Assembly: GCA_964518915.1 (NCBI GenBank)
Contig: CAZFJO010000002.1
Span: 1 to 46,418 of the forward strand
Reading direction: 5' to 3'
Length of the DNA stretch: 46,418 nucleotides
Origin: an uncultured Saprospiraceae bacterium
GTDB lineage: Bacteria; Bacteroidota; Bacteroidia; Chitinophagales; Saprospiraceae
In this document: positions 1-9,881 of the stretch, one piece after another
Layout of the letters: each line of letters opens with the position of its first letter
How positions within the stretch are numbered: position 1 is the first letter of the stretch
The notes under the pieces: generated by a model
The model's input: only the letters and a program-made list of their open reading frames with translations
Databases searched by the model: none
Told to the model about the DNA's origin: nothing
Made by a program: the position numbers and the translations under genes

Positions 1-2620
1 CTGGCTCAAATCCTAAGACAATACTAAATTTCCCGAAACCTTCATCAACGCCTACGGTTTTATCTATTCCCCATCCGTAATCGAACCCTAATAGTCCGAA
101 CATCGGTAAGAATATTCTGAATCCTCCACCGACAGATCTACGAACATCGAATGGATTAAATTCCGAGAAACTACCCCATGCATTTCCTCCTTGTAAAAAC
201 CCATGCATGTATATAGTACTGTTAGGGTTAAGAGATAATGGGTATCTAAGCTCTAAAGTATATTTATCAAAAATAGTTGCTCCCCCTCTCTGGTTCTGTG
301 GAAGGTCTTGTACTTCATATCCCCTCAAGGCAATAATATCTTTTCCAGTAATTCCTATATTCTGATTAGATAACCCATCGCCTCCTAACTCGAACCGCTC
401 GAATGGTGACAAGCCGATCGCATCATTATAGGCGCCGACAAGTCCGATCTTAGCAGATGCTGCAACTACAAACTTGTCAAATATATTGAAGTACCATTCT
501 GCATCGAATCTCCACTTGTGGTATTCTAACCACTCAAATTTTCTTGCATTCTCTTCTTCTAAGATGGCTACTCTTATATCTTCTGTCGTCGGTGGACTTA
601 TCGGCCCGAATTCTTCTCTCAACCTTCTTTCTACATCAGCTTTCTCACCTTCGTCTAATTCGAAGAAATTATCTGATCTGAAAAGACTGTATGGAGGAGT
701 CAGCTGGATAGCAAGAGATATTTTAGCTCCACTTCTCGGATACAACGGCTCACTCACAGAGCTTCTAGCAAAAACTTGCTTTATCGAAAAGTTCTTAGTA
801 TTCGTATTGTTTACTATAACTAGGTCATCTCCATCTTCTACGAAGAAATTCCCTCTAGTGTAATCTTCTAAAACAATATTCTCTAGGTTAAGGGTTGTAC
901 TGGAAGAAAAGAAATCATCCGGCCAGCTCAACTGAGAACCCAGCCCTATAAATCCTCTCGTAATAGAAAGAAACCCTTGATCTAAAGATGTATAATCAAA
1001 CGATGATCGTACCGCCCCTACCGTAAATGAATTAGGTTTATTACCTCCTAACCATGGTTCAGTAAACGAGAAATTAAACGATCGGAAGAAACGACTATTA
1101 GATTGTGCCCGTAACGACAGCTTCTGTCCATCACCCTGTGGAAGTGGACTCCATGAACTTCTGTTCCGAATATTAGCCATAGAAAAATTATTGAAGGTCA
1201 CACCCAGGGTTCCAATCAATCCAGAGAATCCACCATAACCTGCTGATAATTCCAGTTGATCAGCAGGACGCTCCTCTACTGTATACGCAACATCTACTGT
1301 TCCTCTTTCCTGATTTATTAATGGTTGAACATCTAGTGTCTCAGGATTAAAATATCCTAGATTGATGATCTGTCTCTGTGATCGTATGATATCCGTTCTT
1401 CTGAATTTCTGTCCAGGTCTTGTTCTTATTTCTCTACGGACGATGTGCTCATTCGTTTTATCGTTACCCGATATAGAAACATTACCGATGGTAAATTCAG
1501 GCCCTTCCGTAATCCTCATTTCAATATCTATGCTATCTCCGACTACTGCAATCTCCGTAGGGTCAACTCTGAATCCCAGATGACCATAATCTAGATATAG
1601 AGAAGATATGTCTCTACCGTCTAGGCTGAAATTCAACCGTTCATCTAAAACTTCTGGATTGTATACATCCCCTTTAGCAATTCCTAAAATTGTTGTTAGT
1701 TGCGCATCGGTGTACTTGGTATTGCCCTTCCACAGTATGTTTCTGAAGTAGTAGCGATTCCCTTCGTCGACATTGATTAAGATCTGTAAGTCTCCATCGT
1801 CCTCTCTCCACATACTATCGCTGAGAATCTTCGCATCTCTATACCCTTCCTTGTTGTAATAAGCGATGACATTATCTTTATCTTCCTTATAGTTTTCTGG
1901 GATATACTTTGTTTTTCTTAAGAAGGTACCCTTGATCTTGGTATTTTTCATCTGCTTTCTGAGTTTCTTCTCATCTGCATAAGAAATACCTGTAAAAGAT
2001 ATGTCTTGGACCTTTACCCGCTCACCTGGAGTAATATCGAATCGAACTTTTACTGAGTTAGCTTTACTGGAATCTGGTACTTCACTAGCCGTTACAGCAA
2101 CGTCTAATTTTCCTTTTTCTATGTAAAATTCTTTTATTTTCTCCTTGGCCAGTTCCATCTGATTCACAGAAACGATGCTCCCCTTATTAAAAACATTATC
2201 TAGGATTTCATCCAGATCATCGAAGTGTCCATTCTTAATACCCCTATAAGAATAGGTAGTAAGAACAGGTCTTTCTCTTAAGTATATAACTAGGTGGACT
2301 AGGTTTCCTTCTATTTTTTCTTGGATGATTTTCACATCTTCGAATAGCCTCAATCTCCAGAGCGCCTTTAAGGCATCACTGATATCCTCACCAGGAATCT
2401 CAATCTTATTGCCGACCTTAAATCCTGCTATGGATTTTATGGCATTTCTATCTCTGCTTTCAGCACCCTCTACTCGGATGCTTGCGATTTCATATTCCTG
2501 CTTATTTTCATAATCAATCAGAGGTACATCTCTATACACATTTTCTAGACTATCTATCTGACCAGATAAGTCTATGACCATGATTGAGAGGAATAATATG
2601 ATAATGACTTTTACATTCAT
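1..2620 (-). CDS. bamA: Outer membrane protein assembly factor BamA (Omp85 family), C-terminus cut by window edge
   Basis: The minus-strand frame is open from the ATG at 2620 to position 1, with no stop in the window, so it is missing from the ORF track. My translation starts MNVKVIIILFLSIMVIDLSGQ...YEIASIRVEGAESRDRNAIKSIAGFKVGNKIEIPGEDISDALKALWRLRLFEDVKI, which is a signal peptide plus POTRA-1. The frame is still open at the left edge (..TVGVDEGFGKFSIVLGFEP). It lies directly downstream of uppS, a common Bacteroidota arrangement. Confidence 0.85.
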   Translation of the reverse strand, partial: MNVKVIIILFLSIMVIDLSGQIDSLENVYRDVPLIDYENKQEYEIASIRVEGAESRDRNAIKSIAGFKVGNKIEIPGEDISDALKALWRLRLFEDVKIIQEKIEGNLVHLVIYLRERPVLTTYSYRGIKNGHFDDLDEILDNVFNKGSIVSVNQMELAKEKIKEFYIEKGKLDVAVTASEVPDSSKANSVKVRFDITPGERVKVQDISFTGISYADEKKLRKQMKNTKIKGTFLRKTKYIPENYKEDKDNVIAYYNKEGYRDAKILSDSMWREDDGDLQILINVDEGNRYYFRNILWKGNTKYTDAQLTTILGIAKGDVYNPEVLDERLNFSLDGRDISSLYLDYGHLGFRVDPTEIAVVGDSIDIEMRITEGPEFTIGNVSISGNDKTNEHIVRREIRTRPGQKFRRTDIIRSQRQIINLGYFNPETLDVQPLINQERGTVDVAYTVEERPADQLELSAGYGGFSGLIGTLGVTFNNFSMANIRNRSSWSPLPQGDGQKLSLRAQSNSRFFRSFNFSFTEPWLGGNKPNSFTVGAVRSSFDYTSLDQGFLSITRGFIGLGSQLSWPDDFFSSSTTLNLENIVLEDYTRGNFFVEDGDDLVIVNNTNTKNFSIKQVFARSSVSEPLYPRSGAKISLAIQLTPPYSLFRSDNFFELDEGEKADVERRLREEFGPISPPTTEDIRVAILEEENARKFEWLEYHKWRFDAEWYFNIFDKFVVAASAKIGLVGAYNDAIGLSPFERFELGGDGLSNQNIGITGKDIIALRGYEVQDLPQNQRGGATIFDKYTLELRYPLSLNPNSTIYMHGFLQGGNAWGSFSEFNPFDVRRSVGGGFRIFLPMFGLLGFDYGWGIDKTVGVDEGFGKFSIVLGFEP

Positions 2621-2700
2621 TTTTTCTATATCTTGACGAACTATTGTTAAACGATATGGCCTTCGTATTTCGTTGTTAAGGATTACTTAAACCGCCTGTT

Positions 2701-3447
2701 TTATATTTTTAATTGTTCGCTTGTTTTACCGAATCTTCTTTCTCTTTTCTGATAATCGATGATGGCTTTACAGAATTCATCCTTTGTAAATTCTGGCCAG
2801 TATTTATCTGTAAAATACAATTCTGAGTATGCTATCTGCCACAATAAAAAATTACTTATCCTCAATTCGCCGCTGGTTCTAATCAGTAATTCTGGATCAG
2901 GAATGCCTGCGGTTGATAATTTATTATTTATCACGGTTTCATCTATATCAGCCGCATTCATCTTACCTGACACTATGTCCTCAGAAATAGATTTCACAGC
3001 ATGGGTTAATTCCCATCGTGAACTATAATTTAAAGCAAGAGTCAGCGTCATGCGCTTATTATTACTTGTGTTTTCTATGCCTTGCAATAGACTGTCATGT
3101 GTTCTTTTAGGAAGATAAGAAAGATCACCTATGGCATTTAACTTAATGTCATTTTTATTAAGCGTCTTAATTTCCTTCCTCAAGGTTTCTACAAGTAAGG
3201 TCATGAGTGCATTCACTTCAAGCCTCGGTCTATTCCAGTTTTCTGTAGAGAAAGCATATAAAGTCAAGTATTCTATACCTATCTCGGCTGCTGCTTCTGT
3301 TGTTTCTCTTACTGATTGAACTCCATTCTTATGTCCGAAAACACGTGGCTTCCCTAGGTTTTTAGCCCAGCGTCCATTTCCATCCATGATCACCGCTACA
3401 TGGCTCGGTAACCTAGATTCGTCGATATTTTTCATCAGTTCGGACAT
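2701..3447 (-). CDS. uppS: Undecaprenyl (isoprenyl) diphosphate synthase
   Basis: Canonical cis-prenyltransferase motifs are present: HVAVIMDGNGRWA, YAFSTENWNRP and RTSGELRISNFLLWQ. Length is 248 aa. Confidence 0.95.
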   Translation of the reverse strand: MSELMKNIDESRLPSHVAVIMDGNGRWAKNLGKPRVFGHKNGVQSVRETTEAAAEIGIEYLTLYAFSTENWNRPRLEVNALMTLLVETLRKEIKTLNKNDIKLNAIGDLSYLPKRTHDSLLQGIENTSNNKRMTLTLALNYSSRWELTHAVKSISEDIVSGKMNAADIDETVINNKLSTAGIPDPELLIRTSGELRISNFLLWQIAYSELYFTDKYWPEFTKDEFCKAIIDYQKRERRFGKTSEQLKI

Positions 3448-3477
3448 AAACTTCCTAAGGAGTAGCTTTTAGGGGCA

Positions 3478-3485
3478 CAAAATTA
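3478..3485 (-). promoter_or_regulatory. Candidate Bacteroidota -7 promoter box (TAATTTTG on minus strand) for uppS-bamA
   Basis: The plus strand reads CAAAATTA, which is TAATTTTG on the minus strand and matches TAnnTTTG. It lies 31 nt upstream of the uppS ATG. No clear TTG -33 element was found. Confidence 0.3.
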
Positions 3486-3612
3486 CGAAAATTAGGGTTA
3501 ATAGAGGTAGTGAAGCCTATATATATAAGGCTTCTGTCGGGATCTTATGATAATAGGTACAAGCATAGCTACTTATACTTATCTTAATCCTTTCATACAT
3601 TGTTGATTAATC

Positions 3613-4134
3613 ATGTCTAAAACCATTATTATTATGCGAAACCACATTCTTTTATTGGCTGGGATTCTTTTTATGACATCTTGCCAGATGGCCGGTCCTT
3701 GCCTCAATAAAGAAACATTCTTAGAAAGCCTAGAAGCGCATGTAGAAAAAGCAGAAGAAAACAAGAAAGACTGGAAAGATGAAGACTGGAAGTCACATGA
3801 TGATGAGCTTGAGAAGATGATGGATACCTGTCTTGAGAAATTCGAAGATGATCTCACCTCAGAGGATAAGAAAGAAATGCTGGGTCTATCTGCGAAGTAT
3901 ATCGTACTCAGAGAGGGGGATAAATTCAATAAAATCTTTAAGGATTTAGAAAATATTGACTGGGAGAAGCATGCAGAAAACATCATCGGAGTTGCTAGTG
4001 ACGAATTGAAAAATGTATTCGAGGATTTCGTAGAAAATGACCTTGACGACATTATCGATGATGTGACCGAAGGCATTGAAGATTTAGGAGAAGATCTAAA
4101 AGAAGTTCTGGAAGAGTTAAAAAACGATAATTGA
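3613..4134 (+). CDS. Hypothetical acidic helical lipoprotein
   Basis: The signal peptide has a lipobox-like ..ILFMTSC (an alternative start is M8 at 3634). The rest is E/D/K-rich. The Ser-rich antisense ORF 3579..4193 looks like a codon-complement artefact. Confidence 0.6.
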   Translation: MSKTIIIMRNHILLLAGILFMTSCQMAGPCLNKETFLESLEAHVEKAEENKKDWKDEDWKSHDDELEKMMDTCLEKFEDDLTSEDKKEMLGLSAKYIVLREGDKFNKIFKDLENIDWEKHAENIIGVASDELKNVFEDFVENDLDDIIDDVTEGIEDLGEDLKEVLEELKNDN

Positions 4135-4198
4135 ATCGTGTGTTTCTGAGGGCTGATCAAGATAATTCGCCTATCTTTACCGATACTTAACAAGGCGT

Positions 4199-5251
4199 AT
4201 GTTTGATATTATTCTTGCATTTATCACTGCATTTTCTCTGACTTTTCTTGCTATCCCTTCTATCATATCGGTTGCAAGAAAGAAAAATCTTTTCGATGAA
4301 CCGGGAGAGAGAAGATCCCATAAAGTAAGTACACCCTCACTCGGAGGTATTGCCATATTCGCAGGAACGATATTTTCCATAATATTATGGACGCCCTTCG
4401 ATGTATTCACCGATCTGCAGTACATTCTATGCAGTTTCATCATCATTTTTCTTATCGGTGCTAAGGATGACATAGATCCTATAAGCCCTAGGAATAAGTT
4501 TCTCGGACAGATTTTCGCAGCCCTTATCATTGTTTTTAAGGCCAACATTATGATGACCAGCCTATACGGTATATTCGGTATAACCGATCTACCGATGTGG
4601 ATAAGCGCTACGCTGAGTGTGTTCACTATAATCGTTATCATCAATGCATTTAATCTTATCGATGGAATCAATGGACTTTCTGGAAGCATAGGCGTATTGA
4701 TATCTATAACCCTAGGCACATGGTTTCTTAAGGTTGACCGCATAGACCTCGCGATTGTAGCATTTTCGTTATCGGGGTCAGTAATCGCTTTTCTTAAGTA
4801 TAATGTTACACCAGCACAGATTTTCATGGGAGATACAGGATCTCTGTTATTGGGTCTGGTCTGTTCCATCCTAGCCATAGAGTTTATAGAATCTCATAGG
4901 GAATTAGCGGGTCATCCTTATGCTTTTAAAGCAGCGCCCAGTGTAGCTATAGGAATACTTATTCTTCCTCTTTTCGATACGCTGAGGGTGTTTACAATCC
5001 GAGTGTTGAAAGGCAAGTCTCCCTTCTCTCCGGATAGAAACCACATCCATCATTTATTGATTGATTCTGGGTTGTCTCATATGAAGGCAACAGGTGTGCT
5101 CGTCATCGTTAATGTGATTTTCATCTTGATCGTCTTCAAGTTACAGAATATAGGAAGCCTTAATCTTCTTATAGTCATCCTTGTTCTGGCTTTGATTCTT
5201 ACAACGATCTTATCTTTTATATCTAAGCAGAAAAAACAAGCCGCTTCATGA
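4199..5251 (+). CDS. Glycosyltransferase family 4 polyprenyl-phosphate HexNAc-1-phosphate transferase (MraY/WecA/WbpL-like)
   Basis: The protein is polytopic with about 10 hydrophobic segments. Family motifs are present: GAKDDI, NAFNLIDGINGL, FMGDTGSL and a C-terminal DRNHIHH. Confidence 0.85.
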   Translation: MFDIILAFITAFSLTFLAIPSIISVARKKNLFDEPGERRSHKVSTPSLGGIAIFAGTIFSIILWTPFDVFTDLQYILCSFIIIFLIGAKDDIDPISPRNKFLGQIFAALIIVFKANIMMTSLYGIFGITDLPMWISATLSVFTIIVIINAFNLIDGINGLSGSIGVLISITLGTWFLKVDRIDLAIVAFSLSGSVIAFLKYNVTPAQIFMGDTGSLLLGLVCSILAIEFIESHRELAGHPYAFKAAPSVAIGILILPLFDTLRVFTIRVLKGKSPFSPDRNHIHHLLIDSGLSHMKATGVLVIVNVIFILIVFKLQNIGSLNLLIVILVLALILTTILSFISKQKKQAAS

Positions 5252-5619
5252 TGGGCTTGTTGATGGTATTTATCGGTGGAGGTTTAGGATCTATCTGCAG
5301 ATATGGCTTATCCATTTATTTCAATACTACACCTGGAGAAATTCCGATAGGTACGCTTATCGCAAATGTGTTTTCCTCTATCATACTCGGATTCCTAGTT
5401 GCCTATTCCATAAAGATAGAACCAGGGACCATGGTTAAATTACTCCTTATGGTGGGCTTCTGTGGAGGTTTCAGCACTTTCTCTACTTTCAGCAAAGAAG
5501 CATATGATCTTCTACAACTCGGCCAGCAAGTTATGGCGCTGGGCTATGTTGTTGGTTCTTGCTTATTAGGTATCCTTTCCATCTTTATTGGATATAAAAT
5601 GGGGATGAGGTTCTTGTAA
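5248..5619 (+). CDS. crcB: Fluoride ion channel CrcB/FluC
   Basis: Length is 123 aa with 4 TM segments. Motifs are GGGLGSICRY and GFCGGFSTFSTF. The start overlaps the upstream stop (ATGA). Confidence 0.9.
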   Translation: MMGLLMVFIGGGLGSICRYGLSIYFNTTPGEIPIGTLIANVFSSIILGFLVAYSIKIEPGTMVKLLLMVGFCGGFSTFSTFSKEAYDLLQLGQQVMALGYVVGSCLLGILSIFIGYKMGMRFL

Positions 5620-5628
5620 AAGGAAATT

Positions 5629-6258
5629 TTATACATTTTTAAAATACTGTCTATACACTCCTGTTGCTATTCCTGCGCCGATAAGATTGGCAGCAGTGAT
5701 GGGAATCAAGTTCCACCCTGTATTTAAGCCATTGATATAGGTAGCTAATGCAACGGCAGGATTGAAGCATCCCATACTTCCTTGATCACCGAGAATGTAC
5801 GCACCACCGATGACCATCATTCCGATGGCTAAGCCAAAAAATGAATTGCCGGCATTGCTTTTAGAAATCGCTACGAAAATTATGACCCACACGAGCGCAA
5901 AAGTTCCGAGAATTTCTGCTACTCCTCCCTTGACAAGATCCATATCTACAGGAGCGGTATCGGGATGACAATCATATACATACATAGCTATTGCCGTTGC
6001 AAGAACGGATGCCGATAATTGAGCTATAATATAACCGATAACATCTTTAGAGGAACATTTGCCTAGAGCGAAAAAAGACAAAGTAACAACTGGGTTGAAA
6101 TGGGCCTTAGATATATTCCCGACGGAATAAATCATAGCCATCAAGGTAGCTCCGATTGCAATGGGTGCTACCACAGCGATGTCGTCCTTATTAACCGCAC
6201 AGATAACCGCAAGAACAAGAAAAAAAGTCCCGACGAATTCAGCGATGTACTTAGGCAT
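5629..6258 (-). CDS. MIP/aquaporin family channel
   Basis: There are two half-repeats with HFNPVVT and CFNPAVA (NPA-type boxes) and six hydrophobic segments. It starts 6 nt downstream of the ileS stop. Confidence 0.85.
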   Translation of the reverse strand: MPKYIAEFVGTFFLVLAVICAVNKDDIAVVAPIAIGATLMAMIYSVGNISKAHFNPVVTLSFFALGKCSSKDVIGYIIAQLSASVLATAIAMYVYDCHPDTAPVDMDLVKGGVAEILGTFALVWVIIFVAISKSNAGNSFFGLAIGMMVIGGAYILGDQGSMGCFNPAVALATYINGLNTGWNLIPITAANLIGAGIATGVYRQYFKNV

Positions 6259-6264
6259 GACTAT

Positions 6265-9200
6265 TTATGACTTCTGTATGTGAATTCTGATGGTAAGATC
6301 CTCATAGATTTCTACCTGCTCGCCATCTGTCACACCATTCATAGTAATATCATCTGCAAGAACTTCCCCCTTAATGTAGTCCCCATACTGATTCACAGCT
6401 GAACTTACTCTATCGTCCTCAGACAAGGTAACCCGAATTCTATCGGTGACATCGAAGTCTGAATTCTTCCTTAAATTCTGAATCCGATTTACCAGTTCTC
6501 TTGCCATTCCTTCTGCCTTCAGATCATCTGTGAGTGTGATGTCAAGAGCAACCGTTATGTTTCCATCCTGAGCCACTTGCCATCCTGGTATATCTTCCGA
6601 AGAAATTTCGAAATCTTCCCTTTCTAACTCATAATCCTGACCCTCTATACTCAATGCGAACTTTCCCGTTTTTTCAATAGAGGCAATGTCATCTTGATTC
6701 AAGCTGTTGATCACTTGTACTGCTGCTTTCATATCCTTACCTAGTCTCTTTCCTAGGGTACGGAAGTTAGGCTTGATTTTCTTATTGATGATGCCACTTG
6801 TGTCGGTGATGTATTCTATCTCCTTGACATTGACCTCAGCTAGAATTAAATCCTTAACTCCTTCAACCTGATTCTGGAAATTATTATCCAGAATAGGAAG
6901 CAGAATTTTCTGTAGGGGTTGTCTTACTCTCAATCTATCTTTCTTTCTCAGTGACAAGACGAGAGAAGAAATCCGCTGCGCATAACTCATTCTTTCTTCT
7001 AGGTTCTTATCTATGGCTTCTTCTGTCACTGCTGGATAGTATGCTAAGTGTACAGAAACATGATCTTCTAATCCAGTAGCTCCATTGAGGTTTCTATACA
7101 ACCAATCTGCATAAAATGGGGCAATCGGAGCAATAAGCTTAGATACAGTAGATAGACACTCGTACAAGGTCTGGTATGCAGCAATTTTATCTGAAGAATA
7201 ATCTCCTTTCCAGAAGCGTCTTCTACATAATCTTACATACCAGTTACTCAGATGAGAATCCACGAATTCATATATCTTTCTTGCTGCAGGTGTAGGATCG
7301 TAATCATCGTAATGGTGGTCTACTTCTTTCTTTAAGCTATTCAATAAAGAGAGGATCCATCGATCGATTTCTTGTCTTTCTGGTAGAGGTATGTAAGCCT
7401 CTTTAAATTCGAACCCATCTATATTAGCATAAAGGGAAAAGAAAGAATATGTATTGTAAAGCGTTCCGAAGAACTTTCTCTTTACTTCATCTACCCCGTC
7501 TAAATCAAACTTTAAGTTGTCCCATGGAGGAGCATTAGAAATCATATACCATCGATTCGCATCTGCTCCATACTTCCCTAGTGCCTCGAATGGATCGATG
7601 GCATTGCCTAATCGCTTAGACATCTTTACTCCATTCTTATCCAGTACAAGTCCAGTGGAAACGACATTTTTAAATGCCACAGAATCGAAAACCATAGAAC
7701 CGATGGCATGTAGGGTGTAAAACCATCCTCTGGTCTGGTCTACTCCTTCTGATATAAAATCTGCAGGATAGTGGCTCCCACTGTCTATCTTTTCCTTATT
7801 CTCGAATGGATAATGAAGCTGTGCATAAGGCATAGATCCTGAATCGAACCATACATCTATCAAGTCTAGTTCTCGCTTCATCTCTCTTCCATCTTCACTG
7901 ACAAGGACCACGTCATCTATATATGGGCGGTGGAGATCTTCTGGAACAGATTGAGTGAGGCCCAGTTGATCGTTAGCCTTATTGATTTCAGATTCTAGCT
8001 GCGCCAGCGAGCCGATGCAGGTTGCTACTTCTCCATCTTCGGTCCTCCATATCGGAAGAGGAATGCCCCAGTATCTGGATCTAGATAGATTCCAGTCTTG
8101 AAGATTCTCTAGCCAGTTGCCGAATCTCTTTTCTCCGGTATGAGCAGGCTTCCAGTTGATGGTATTGTTTAAGGCAGACATTCTTTCCTTGACAGCACTG
8201 GCTTTTATAAACCAGCTATCTAGTGGGTAATAAAGAATGGGCTTGTCCGTACGCCAACAATGCGGATAATTGTGATTATACTTCTGAACATTGAAGGCTT
8301 TGTTTTCTTCTTTCAGTTTGATACTGATATCTATATCCACGCTTCTATAGTCCTCTTCTTCCTTATAATTCTTGACATATCTTCCGGCGAAGTCTGTGAC
8401 AGAGTCTACGAATTTTCCTTGCTTATCAACAAGCGTTAGGGAACCTATTCCATATTTTTTGGCCGTTCGCATATCGTCTGCACCGAAGGATGGCGCTAGA
8501 TGTACGATACCTGTTCCATCTTGAGTCGACACGAAATCTCCGATCAATACTTTAAACGCTTCTCCATCTTCAGGCTGAACATATGGAAGCAATTGATGAT
8601 ACCGGATGTGTTCTAATTCTGATCCGAGAAACTTACCCGTAACCTTATAAGGTATAATTTTATCTTCTTTTGCAAAAGCGTGATAATCTGCTTCAGCTTG
8701 CTCCTGCTTAAACCACTTACTGACTAAATCCTCTGCAAGTATTAAATTAACCGGCAACTTAGTATATGGGTTATAGGTAGCAATTCTTGCGTATGAAATC
8801 TTCTTCCCTACAGCCAGGGCCGTATTAGAAGGCAGCGTCCATGGAGTGGTCGTCCATGCAATAAAATATACTCCTCCGTTTTCGTTTCCATCGAACAGCG
8901 CAGCCGATTGCTCATCCTCTATAACCTCGAACTGTGCTACTGCACTGGTGTCTTTTACATCGCGATAGCATCCAGGTTGATTCAATTCATGAGAACTCAG
9001 ACCGGTTCCAGCAGCTGGAGAATACGGCTGTATCGTATACCCTTTATAGATAAGTCCTTTCTCATATAACTGACTTAGAAGCCACCATACAGATTCAATA
9101 TAATTATTCTCGAACGTAATGTAAGGGTCATCCAGGTCGACCCAGTAACCCATCTTTTTAGTAAGGTTATCCCAGATATCCTTGTACCGCATTACAGTCT

Positions 9201-9567
9201 CTCGGCACTTGCTATTATACTCATCTACAGAAATCTTAGTGCCTATGTCTTCTTTAGTAATTCCGAGTTCTTTTTCTACACTAAGCTCAATAGGAAGTCC
9301 ATGCGTATCCCAGCCTCCTTTACGCTCAACCCGCTGACCCTTCATGGTGTGGTATCGACAGAAAATATCCTTAATGGTTCTGGCCATCACATGATGTATG
9401 CCTGGTTTACCATTAGCGGAAGGAGGTCCTTCATAAAACACATAGGTGTCTTCTGCAGGTCTTTCTTCTATACTCTTCTGAAAAATATCTTCTGATTCCC
9501 AGAATTGTAATATATCTTGATCAATCTGAGGAAGATTGAGTGATTTATACTCGTTGTATTTAGCCAT
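6265..9567 (-). CDS. ileS: Isoleucyl-tRNA synthetase (long, type-2-like form)
   Basis: Class I signatures are present: PSANGKPGIHHV (HIGH) and VKMSKRLGN (KMSKS). Length is 1100 aa, with the editing domain and a C-terminal extension. Confidence 0.97.
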   Translation of the reverse strand: MAKYNEYKSLNLPQIDQDILQFWESEDIFQKSIEERPAEDTYVFYEGPPSANGKPGIHHVMARTIKDIFCRYHTMKGQRVERKGGWDTHGLPIELSVEKELGITKEDIGTKISVDEYNSKCRETVMRYKDIWDNLTKKMGYWVDLDDPYITFENNYIESVWWLLSQLYEKGLIYKGYTIQPYSPAAGTGLSSHELNQPGCYRDVKDTSAVAQFEVIEDEQSAALFDGNENGGVYFIAWTTTPWTLPSNTALAVGKKISYARIATYNPYTKLPVNLILAEDLVSKWFKQEQAEADYHAFAKEDKIIPYKVTGKFLGSELEHIRYHQLLPYVQPEDGEAFKVLIGDFVSTQDGTGIVHLAPSFGADDMRTAKKYGIGSLTLVDKQGKFVDSVTDFAGRYVKNYKEEEDYRSVDIDISIKLKEENKAFNVQKYNHNYPHCWRTDKPILYYPLDSWFIKASAVKERMSALNNTINWKPAHTGEKRFGNWLENLQDWNLSRSRYWGIPLPIWRTEDGEVATCIGSLAQLESEINKANDQLGLTQSVPEDLHRPYIDDVVLVSEDGREMKRELDLIDVWFDSGSMPYAQLHYPFENKEKIDSGSHYPADFISEGVDQTRGWFYTLHAIGSMVFDSVAFKNVVSTGLVLDKNGVKMSKRLGNAIDPFEALGKYGADANRWYMISNAPPWDNLKFDLDGVDEVKRKFFGTLYNTYSFFSLYANIDGFEFKEAYIPLPERQEIDRWILSLLNSLKKEVDHHYDDYDPTPAARKIYEFVDSHLSNWYVRLCRRRFWKGDYSSDKIAAYQTLYECLSTVSKLIAPIAPFYADWLYRNLNGATGLEDHVSVHLAYYPAVTEEAIDKNLEERMSYAQRISSLVLSLRKKDRLRVRQPLQKILLPILDNNFQNQVEGVKDLILAEVNVKEIEYITDTSGIINKKIKPNFRTLGKRLGKDMKAAVQVINSLNQDDIASIEKTGKFALSIEGQDYELEREDFEISSEDIPGWQVAQDGNITVALDITLTDDLKAEGMARELVNRIQNLRKNSDFDVTDRIRVTLSEDDRVSSAVNQYGDYIKGEVLADDITMNGVTDGEQVEIYEDLTIRIHIQKS

Positions 9568-9605
9568 AAGAAAAGATGAATTATCTGATCATGAAAATTA
9601 GACGG

Positions 9606-9613
9606 CAAAAATA
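9606..9613 (-). promoter_or_regulatory. Candidate -7 promoter box (TATTTTTG on minus strand) for ileS
   Basis: The plus strand reads CAAAAATA, which is TATTTTTG (TAnnTTTG) on the minus strand. It lies 39 nt upstream of the ileS ATG and overlaps the first copy of a 12-nt direct repeat. Confidence 0.3.
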
Positions 9614-9881
9614 GGAAGAAATCACATAGGAAGAAATAATGAAGTAGTTTAAAAACATATAGTTAATTCTTGAACAACTTATTGAAAATCATTACTTCAG
9701 CTTTTATAAAACCCACAGCACTTACGGTTAATTTTAAGAAAGCCATTAATCCATTTTCTCAGGCGATTGCTTATTCTAAGTTAACTAAGGTTGCTTCATG
9801 CAATAGAAAATAAAATAAGCCCCTTTTTTAAACCATTATTGTTTTATTAAGTCACACAGTGGCGCATCTATTAAGACTTGT

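Noticed and set aside
3579-4878. Antisense ORFs 3579..4193 (204 aa, poly-Ser) and 4177..4878 (233 aa) opposite the acidic lipoprotein and GT4 transferase genes.
   Set aside because: The sense genes carry a lipoprotein signal or MraY/WecA motifs. The antisense products look like complements of GAA/GAT-rich or hydrophobic codon strings and have no start context or motifs.
5150-5260. Fluoride riboswitch (crcB motif) upstream of crcB.
   Set aside because: The crcB start overlaps the stop of the upstream transferase gene (ATGA). There is no leader region, and no crcB-motif-like sequence is visible.
9568-9881. T-box, leader-peptide or attenuator elements upstream of ileS, and likewise upstream of gltX at 36798..36887.
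   Set aside because: No specifier-loop or T-box consensus (AANNNGGGTGGTACCGCG-like) is present. No terminator/antiterminator alternative stems were seen, and the only ORFs are 12-27 codons long without Ile or Glu runs.
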